A stretch of 64,000 nt of DNA, from positions 14,092 through 78,091 of the forward strand of contig CAYXYB010000008.1 in the NCBI GenBank assembly GCA_964469215.1. Reading direction: 5' to 3'. Source of the stretch: an uncultured Lentimicrobiaceae bacterium (GTDB lineage: Bacteria > Bacteroidota > Bacteroidia > Bacteroidales > SKPS01). Both the position numbers and the translations under genes were made by a program. The notes under the pieces are model-generated. The model did not search any database. It was not told the origin of the DNA and saw only the letters and a program-made list of their open reading frames with translations. This document shows, one piece after another, positions 57,299 through 64,000 of the stretch. The first letter of the stretch is position 1. Each line of letters starts with the position of its first letter.

Positions 57299-57486
57299 AT
57301 TGAAAAATATTGTAAGTTAATAATTTGCTGTCAGCAAAAATATAAAAAAATCTTAAACCGCTTTTAAGGAGATGAAAATTCGGGTTTTTAACGAAATGGT
57401 GTTGAAATAATTGACTGTTTTAATTGATGTGCAGGATTGATTTTTTTATCTTAGCCACCTTAAAAATAAATTAAAAAAGATAACAG

Positions 57487-59556
57487 ATGATTGTTGATAA
57501 GTTGTTTAACCCGGGGAGTATTGTTGTTGTTGGTGCATCTAACGACACAGGCAAACCAGGCGGGAAGATTTTAAAGAACATCAGAGATGGAGGATTTAAG
57601 GGTGAACTGTTTGTGGTTAATCCAAAGGAGGATCTGATCCAGGGGGTAAGGAGTTTTCGTGATATTGAAATGCTCCCTCAGGTTGATCTGGCTGTAATAG
57701 CAATTGCTGCCAGGTTAACATTGCCGGTGGTGGAGCATCTGACAAAAGAAAAAGGAACAAAAGCATTCATAATTATATCTGCAGGGTTTAGTGAAGAGAG
57801 TGAGGATGGTCGGAAAATAGAACGGCAGATTGTGCAGTTGATTGATGAGGTTGGAGGGGCTTTGATAGGGCCGAATTGCACTGGTATCGTCACCCCTTTT
57901 CATAAATCGGTCTTCACGCTTCCGATACCCGAGTTCAATCCTGAGGGCTGCGATTTTGTCTCCAGCTCCGGTGCCACTGCTGTTTTTATCATGGAATCGG
58001 GCATGCAGAAAGGGCTCACCTTTGCCAATGTGATCTCTGTGGGCAACTCAGCCCAGCTAGGAGTTGAGGATATTATTAAGCATCTCGATGAGACCTATGA
58101 GCCCGGAATAAGTGCCCCGGTCAAGCTACTATACATCGAAAACATCAAAAAGCCGGGAATGCTTCTGAAACATGCTTCATCACTGGTGCGAAAGGGGTGC
58201 AGGATTGCATGCATAAAAGCCGGCACTTCGGATGCAGGGCAGCGTGCTGCATCTTCACATACCGGTGCTCTTGCCAACCCGGATAAACCTGTTGATTCTC
58301 TATTACGCAAGGCTGGCATTGTGCGTTGCTATGGAAGGGATGAGCTTACTACTGTTGCGTCGATATTTATGCATAAACCCCTTAAAGGCAAAAGGTTTGC
58401 AATTATTACCCATGCCGGCGGTCCGGCGGTGATGCTAACGGATGTTCTCGCCAACAATGGCCTTGAGGTGCCGCATATCCAGGGGCCGGATGCTGATGAC
58501 CTCCTCTCAAAGCTATATGCCGGCTCATCAGTCTCCAATCCGGTTGATTTTCTTGCAACCGGAACTGCTGAACAACTTGGTGCAATAATCGACTATGTCG
58601 ATCAGCGTTTCGACGAGATCGATGGCATGGTTGTGATATTCGGTACACCTGGGTTGTCTCCCGTTTTCGATACATACGAGCTCCTTTGGGAAAAGATGAA
58701 GAAGTCATCAAAACCCATATTTCCCGTCTTGCCATCCATTCTCGTTGCAGATGGAGAGATAAAATCATTCCTTGCTTCAGGAGGATTGTATTTCCCTGAT
58801 GAGGTGCTTCTGGGTAAAGCCCTGAGCCTGGTAGTAAATACACCGGAACCTGTTAGCGACAAGATATGTGTTGCCGACGTGGATATTGGAAGGATACGTG
58901 CCATCATTGACTTTGCAGATGATGGCTACATTAAACCCAATGAAGTGCAGGCTTTGCTCGACGCCGTGGGTATTGAGAGAGCAGGGGAGGCAGTGGTGAC
59001 AGATCCTGCGAGCGCAGTAGAAAAAGCAAACAAACTGGGTTACCCGGTGGTAATGAAAGTTGTCGGGCCGGTTCATAAAACTGATGTCGGTGGAGTGATG
59101 CTCAATGTAACAGATGACAAAACCGTTATCAAAGAGTTTGAAAGAATGATACGTATCCCCGAAACAACAAGCATCCTGATTCAGCCAATGCTTTATGGAA
59201 CCGAACTTTTTGCCGGTGCAACCCGTGAAGGAAATTTCGGACATCTTCTTATGTGTGGCATGGGGGGCATCTTCATTGAAGTAATGAAGGACGTTAAAGC
59301 ATCATTGGTTCCTGTAGATAAGGCAGAAATCCGTAATATGATCAGGTCTTTGAACAGCTATCCGTTGTTTCAAGGTGTGAGAGGACAAGAAGGTGTTAAT
59401 GAAGCAGCTTTTATTGATGCTGTTTTTCGCCTTTCAGCCCTGCTTTACCATGCACCTGAAATTTCAGAACTTGACCTTAACCCTCTTCTTGGAAATAAAA
59501 ACTATGTTAAAGTCGTTGACGCCCGGATTAGAATAGATAAATCAATAACAAATTAA
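57487..59556 (+). CDS. ADP-forming acetyl/acyl-CoA synthetase (CoA-binding plus ATP-grasp fusion)
   Basis: N-terminal PGSIVVVGAS...GK CoA-binding fold, GPNCTGI, succinyl-CoA-synthetase-like ligase region, and C-terminal ATP-grasp GYPVVMKVV...HKTDVGGV. Confidence 0.85.
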   Translation: MIVDKLFNPGSIVVVGASNDTGKPGGKILKNIRDGGFKGELFVVNPKEDLIQGVRSFRDIEMLPQVDLAVIAIAARLTLPVVEHLTKEKGTKAFIIISAGFSEESEDGRKIERQIVQLIDEVGGALIGPNCTGIVTPFHKSVFTLPIPEFNPEGCDFVSSSGATAVFIMESGMQKGLTFANVISVGNSAQLGVEDIIKHLDETYEPGISAPVKLLYIENIKKPGMLLKHASSLVRKGCRIACIKAGTSDAGQRAASSHTGALANPDKPVDSLLRKAGIVRCYGRDELTTVASIFMHKPLKGKRFAIITHAGGPAVMLTDVLANNGLEVPHIQGPDADDLLSKLYAGSSVSNPVDFLATGTAEQLGAIIDYVDQRFDEIDGMVVIFGTPGLSPVFDTYELLWEKMKKSSKPIFPVLPSILVADGEIKSFLASGGLYFPDEVLLGKALSLVVNTPEPVSDKICVADVDIGRIRAIIDFADDGYIKPNEVQALLDAVGIERAGEAVVTDPASAVEKANKLGYPVVMKVVGPVHKTDVGGVMLNVTDDKTVIKEFERMIRIPETTSILIQPMLYGTELFAGATREGNFGHLLMCGMGGIFIEVMKDVKASLVPVDKAEIRNMIRSLNSYPLFQGVRGQEGVNEAAFIDAVFRLSALLYHAPEISELDLNPLLGNKNYVKVVDARIRIDKSITN

Positions 59557-59656
59557 TTGATATAAAGTTATGCAACTTTATCAAGAATGCTTCGTATAAC
59601 TCCGTGTTAAAAAGGAATTAAAAATCAGACACCTGATTAAAACACTGAAATTCAGT

Positions 59657-60544
59657 ATGTTTATAAAGAAATTCCATAAAGGTTGTTTAGTGCTGCTGAT
59701 TATGTTGGCTTCCAACAATGTGTTTGGACATGGATTTAAACCATTAGGCTCATCATGGTCAAATCAGCAGGGTAACTACCAGGGCTTCTATCTGGGTGGA
59801 GGATTAAGTATCTTCGATATGGATGGTGATTATGGGAGCAAACAGCTGGGCGCATTAACGACCGGTTTTACACTCCTGGCTGAAAATAAGTTCAACAACT
59901 ATTTCGTTCTCAGAGCAGATATAACCAAAGGAACACTGCGTGAAAGGTTTTCAGGAAAGTATGCATACTTTGATCATCATACCGACATGCTTACAGGTGA
60001 GCTTTTTGGCATGTTTTTATTTCCTTCCCTTACCGGATGTACCAGGCGTGTTCAGGTAAGACCCTATCTTGGAATTGGCACAGGTGTTATATTTTTCGAA
60101 ACCTTTGCAAACCTTTATGACGCCCAGGGTAAAAAATACCATTTCTGGAAGGATGGAAAAGTTAAGTTGGTAGCAGAAAACAGCCCGGAGTCTGAAGGTT
60201 CAGTTCCTGTTGTGCGTGATCGCACCTTCGAAACGAAAGTTGATTCACTGGATCTTTGTTCAGGTGTTGCTGCCATTCTTCCTGCAGAGGTAGGCATAAG
60301 GTTTATGGTTACCCCAAATCTTGGAATGTACATCTCAGGAAGATACACTTTAACCACTTCGGATTACATCGATCATGGTGTTGCATATTATGACACCTAT
60401 CTTACTGACAGGTCACCCTGGAATGATTTTCCTGACGGTTTCTACTCGTATTCGGTAAAGCTTGTTTATAAGCTGCAGTTCGAGGGGCCAAGGCAAACAT
60501 ATTCCCGTAAGCAACGAAGGCCCATTCAATGCCGTAAATTCTAA
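59657..60544 (+). CDS. Putative outer-membrane beta-barrel protein
   Basis: Signal peptide and Gly/aromatic-rich alternating pattern. The beta-signal-like VKLVYKLQF is followed by a 19-aa basic tail. Confidence 0.55.
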   Translation: MFIKKFHKGCLVLLIMLASNNVFGHGFKPLGSSWSNQQGNYQGFYLGGGLSIFDMDGDYGSKQLGALTTGFTLLAENKFNNYFVLRADITKGTLRERFSGKYAYFDHHTDMLTGELFGMFLFPSLTGCTRRVQVRPYLGIGTGVIFFETFANLYDAQGKKYHFWKDGKVKLVAENSPESEGSVPVVRDRTFETKVDSLDLCSGVAAILPAEVGIRFMVTPNLGMYISGRYTLTTSDYIDHGVAYYDTYLTDRSPWNDFPDGFYSYSVKLVYKLQFEGPRQTYSRKQRRPIQCRKF

Positions 60545-60550
60545 CTACAG

Positions 60551-61720
60551 CTACCCTTTTATCACAGCCAATGGTGTTAATTCCCTGATGATTCTGACAA
60601 GGTCAACTTGGTTTGCCATTACCTCATCTATATCTTTATAAGCACCGGATGCTTCATCAAGGTCTTTGAAGTGCCTGATGCCGTGAATGATCCCCTTCTA
60701 GTTAAGTTTCCTGACCTCTTCATTGAAATCGAGGTTCTTTAGCGCTTGCTTTCTTCCCATCTTCCTCCCTGCCCCATGCGAACATGACATGAATGATTCA
60801 GGATTTCCAAGCCCTTCAACGATATACGACTTTGTGCCCTGAGATCCCGGTATTATCCCGGTTTCACCCTGACGTGCCGAGGTTGCACCTTTACGATGAA
60901 CAACAACCTGATGCCCGAAATGCTCCTCGACAGATGCATAATTATGAGCGATATTGATAACCGACCCAAATTCCACCTTGCCTGACACAGTCTCATTAAT
61001 GATGTCGGTAACAGCATTGAGCAAATGCTGCCTGTTGGCAAAGGCAAAGTCTGCGCAATATTTCATCTCGGCAAAATAATCTGTAGCGTCTTTGTGATCA
61101 AGAGGCATCCATGCAAGGTCTGCTTTTGGATCCACCATCCTGCTCCAGCTTTCATTGAGTCTTCTGGCAATCCGGTTGTAATGATCGGCCACCTGTTTAC
61201 CCAGGTTACGCGACCCGGAATGAATCATCACCCAGAGGTAGCCATCATCCCCAATCTGTATCTCGATGAAATGGTTGCCACCGCCAAGAGTGCCCAACTG
61301 ATGGAGTGCCGATTTATACTCTCTTCGAACAATGGTTAACTTGTCAGGATCATGATTCTGAGGCATCAATACTTCAGCCTGAGCCTTCTGATGATGTTTG
61401 AAGCCTACAGGTATTCTCTCTCTTATCATCCCGATAACAGGCTTAAGGTCTGTCCCTGCAGGATCCTGAAGGCTGCTCCTTAAAGCGCACATTCCACATC
61501 CGATATCAACACCAACAGCATTGGGAATTATCACATTGTGAGTTGCCAGAACGCCGCCGATCGGCATACCGTAACCTTCATGAGCGTCGGGCATAACTGC
61601 AATGTGCCTGAATGCAAATGGCAGATTGGTAACGTTCCTTATCTGCTTCATTGCCCCCGGCTCAATATCATCAAGCCACATCTTTACTGGAAGCCTTTCG
61701 GTATTTATTGTATTTTTCAT
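60551..61720 (-). pseudogene. rtcB: RNA-splicing ligase RtcB interrupted by one in-frame TAG (60698-60700)
   Basis: The listed ORF 60698..61720 carries the RtcB motifs (PDAHEGYGMPIGGV, GCGMC, GGGNHF, HSGSRNLG, SCSHGAGR). In the same frame after the TAG, 48 further codons read KGIIHGIRHFKDLDEASGAYKDIDEVMANQVDLVRIIRELTPLAVIKG, the conserved RtcB C-terminus. Confidence 0.85.
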
Positions 61721-61810
61721 CAGGTGTAAAAATAGGCAATTGCAGATCAGGTAATGCGGTTTAACAGTTAATCCCGAATTAAAATAGTTACAACCGTTTA
61801 TGTATTGGTC

Positions 61811-61845
61811 ATGAGTTATGAGTTATAAGTTATAAAGTTATGAAG
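61811..61845. repeat. Degenerate tandem heptamers ATGAGTT ATGAGTT ATAAGTT ATAAAGTT ATGAAG
   Basis: Read directly from the sequence. The tract lies in the 203-bp spacer upstream of rtcB, which is on the minus strand. Confidence 0.8.
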
Positions 61846-61923
61846 ATACCCCAACAGCAGGATAAGGGAATCTGGTGAGAGGGGCTACTTTGCTTATAAT
61901 CAATCGAAAGAAAATAATTTTGG

Positions 61924-63042
61924 TCACAAGGGAATCTCTACCCTGAAAGTTGTCCCTTTATCCGGTTCACTCTCCACTGTAATGGTTCCGTTATATAATT
62001 CAACCATCTTTTTGGCTATCGATAGGCCTAATCCGCTTCCGGTAATATGTTTTGTTTTCTGGTTTTTGATCCTTACAAAATCCTGAAACAACATACCGGC
62101 CTCCTCCTGTGTCATGCCTATACCTGTATCTTCAACAGTGATAACAACAGAGCCATTGTGTTTTTTCAAAACCACAAATACGCTTCCGTTTTCCCTGTTA
62201 TATTTTACGGCATTTGAAACAAGGTTATTGAAAATGATCTCCATTTCATTTTTGTCTGCATTCATAAAAATGCTTTCATCACCTTCGAGGATTACCTTTA
62301 TATTATGTTGAATTGCCAGTGGCTCTACCGTATCGGCAACTTTTCGTGCAATATCAACAAGATCAACCGGATGGATGACGCGTTTTTTTACTCCCGACTC
62401 CATACGCGTAAGATCCAGAAGGTCGAGGATAAGGCCACGCATCCCCTTTATCCTTTCAATAGACCTTTCAATCATCTCCATGTAATCTTCGATCTGACTT
62501 CCGGCTTGTTTATCTTTCATAATTTTCAGGTATCCTTCAACGGCATTTATGGGTGATTTCAATTCGTGAGAAAGTACTGAAAGAAACTGAAAACGCACAC
62601 TCTTTCCCTCCTCTTTCATCTGGCGGGTCATCCTGCGCAGGTATAGATGTTTGGTGATGTTTTCAACAGACGTCTTAAGTTCCTGGGGAGTGAATGGTTT
62701 CGGCACGAAGTTATATGCTCCCTGGTTTGTTGCCTTTATTGCCAACTCAAGCGATGCATACGAAGTAATCATGGTTACTGCAATATCATAGTCTTTTTGC
62801 TTGATGTATTCAAGAACTTCAACACCCTGGATTCCCGGAAGTTTGTTGTCCAGCAATACTATATCAATGTTGGTGTTGTCGATTATTTCGACCGCTTTTT
62901 CACCGGTTTCTGCCTCGAGGATTTCATAAGTGATCTCCTCTTCCATAAAAGGATAGCTTACGGAATAATTCCGGAGAACTCTCACAATGCTGGAGATTAT
63001 ACCGGGTTCATCGTCAACGACAAGAAGTTTTAACTTGTTCAT
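61924..63042 (-). CDS. Hybrid protein: N-terminal response-regulator receiver plus histidine kinase (HisKA + HATPase_c)
   Basis: LLVVDDEPGI...DIVLLDNKLPG...KPF receiver motifs, H-box SHELKSPI, and N/G boxes NLVSNAVKY, DTGIGM, GSGLGLSI. Confidence 0.85.
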   Translation of the reverse strand: MNKLKLLVVDDEPGIISSIVRVLRNYSVSYPFMEEEITYEILEAETGEKAVEIIDNTNIDIVLLDNKLPGIQGVEVLEYIKQKDYDIAVTMITSYASLELAIKATNQGAYNFVPKPFTPQELKTSVENITKHLYLRRMTRQMKEEGKSVRFQFLSVLSHELKSPINAVEGYLKIMKDKQAGSQIEDYMEMIERSIERIKGMRGLILDLLDLTRMESGVKKRVIHPVDLVDIARKVADTVEPLAIQHNIKVILEGDESIFMNADKNEMEIIFNNLVSNAVKYNRENGSVFVVLKKHNGSVVITVEDTGIGMTQEEAGMLFQDFVRIKNQKTKHITGSGLGLSIAKKMVELYNGTITVESEPDKGTTFRVEIPL

Positions 63043-63066
63043 ATACTGGATGTTTAAAAAATATTT

Positions 63067-64000
63067 TTAGATATATCGTGGCAGAGTGATAATGAACCGG
63101 GTGCCGGTTTGTCCGGCATCAGGATTGGTATTTGTTTTAACCGATATTTTTCCGTTGTGCATTTTCACAATACCATAGATCAATGGCAGGCCAAGTCCTG
63201 TGCCTTTACCCGGCGGCTTTGTGGTGAAAAACGGTGTAAAAAGCTTGTCGATATGTTCTTTAGATATTCCTGAACCTGTATCGGATACAGTAACCTCAAT
63301 CTCCCGTTCATTTCCTTTAATATAAATATCGAGTCTTCCCCCTTCAGGCATTGCATCAATGCTGTTTTTCTCGAGGTTGGTAAAAACCTGTGTCATCTGT
63401 TCTGTATCAATCATAAGCATCGGATCATCAATATCGGCATGAACTTCTGCTTTGATACCGGGTGGTATCACAACACTGTTCAGGCTTTGTCTGAGGAAAT
63501 CAATAACATTGACATCTTTGGCAACGATCTTGTTTTTACGTGCAAAATTCAACAATCCTCCAACTATGTTTTTGCATCGTTCGGCCTGTTCAACAATAAT
63601 TTTCACATCGTCTCTTACAGGATTCCCTTCGGGCAGATCATCCAGAATAATATTGCTGTACATTGTGATAACCCCCAGGGGATTATTGAGTTCGTGTGCA
63701 ATTCCTGCAGATATCTGGCCCATGTGGGCAAGCTTTTCCGACTGTTTTAAAGCCTCTTCAGCGGTGGCAAGTTTGGCTTTTGAAATGTCGAGAGCGTTAA
63801 GATATCTGAAAAGCCTGTCTGTGGTAAAACGGTAGACAAAAATCAGCAAAAAGAGAACAGAGAGTGCCCCAATCAGCAATGCGCCTGAGACAGAGTATCT
63901 TACCAGGTCACGATTTTCAACATCATTCAGTATTGATGCAGCAACAAACAGATCAAACTGGTCGAAGTAACGATAAGCAACGGTTTTTTTATGATCCCCC
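63067..64000 (-). CDS. Membrane sensor histidine kinase, 5' end beyond the window
   Basis: The frame is open to base 64000. TM segment [19 protein letters not shown]-box AHELNNPLG, and N/G boxes [24 protein letters not shown]. 24 bp upstream of the hybrid RR-HK gene. Confidence 0.85.
   Translation of the reverse strand, partial: GDHKKTVAYRYFDQFDLFVAASILNDVENRDLVRYSVSGALLIGALSVLFLLIFVYRFTTDRLFRYLNALDISKAKLATAEEALKQSEKLAHMGQISAGIAHELNNPLGVITMYSNIILDDLPEGNPVRDDVKIIVEQAERCKNIVGGLLNFARKNKIVAKDVNVIDFLRQSLNSVVIPPGIKAEVHADIDDPMLMIDTEQMTQVFTNLEKNSIDAMPEGGRLDIYIKGNEREIEVTVSDTGSGISKEHIDKLFTPFFTTKPPGKGTGLGLPLIYGIVKMHNGKISVKTNTNPDAGQTGTRFIITLPRYI

Noticed and set aside
60698-60700. TAG reassigned as a sense codon in this organism
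   Set aside because: rimM (36411), the OMP gene (33774), the MurU-like gene (49915) and the cupin gene (55243) all terminate at TAG with normal-looking C-termini. TAG is therefore an ordinary stop here.

Overview
This 64 kb window looks like a chromosomal, mostly housekeeping stretch of a Bacteroidota genome. Evidence for that placement: five proteins end in type-A T9SS C-terminal sorting domains, SprB-type repeats are present, S16 carries a C-terminal extension, rsfS-ftsH and rsmD-DUF3822-like synteny is present, and TAnnTTTG boxes sit just upstream of several start codons. Recognisable core genes are pyrE, birA, rsfS, ftsH, cdsA, rsmD, holA, coaD, rimM, rpsP, cysQ, tex and rtcB. Others include a trmN6-like methyltransferase, a peroxiredoxin, M16 and S9 peptidases, and an ADP-forming acyl-CoA synthetase. 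Between them lie large secreted or surface proteins: an adhesin fragment, a roughly 1700-aa lipase-like/beta-helix protein, and two inverted BNR/sortilin-like paralogs. I found no rRNA, tRNA, CRISPR array, transposase, integrase or recognisable defence island. The most unusual item is at 47.6-49.9 kb. There an AmgK-type anomeric sugar kinase is fused to a RapZ C-terminal domain, followed by a possible unlisted 42-codon Cys/Lys-rich ORF and a MurU-like nucleotidyltransferase. Two conserved genes are disrupted: tex by a 1-nt G-run contraction and rtcB by an in-frame TAG. I cannot tell real lesions from assembly errors using sequence alone. Other oddities are a hexanucleotide microsatellite encoding (EV/EA)n in the S16 tail, GTTAxxx-type heptamer tracts in three intergenic regions, and several overlapping convergent or divergent gene ends. 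All functional calls rest on motif recognition by eye; no database search was run.
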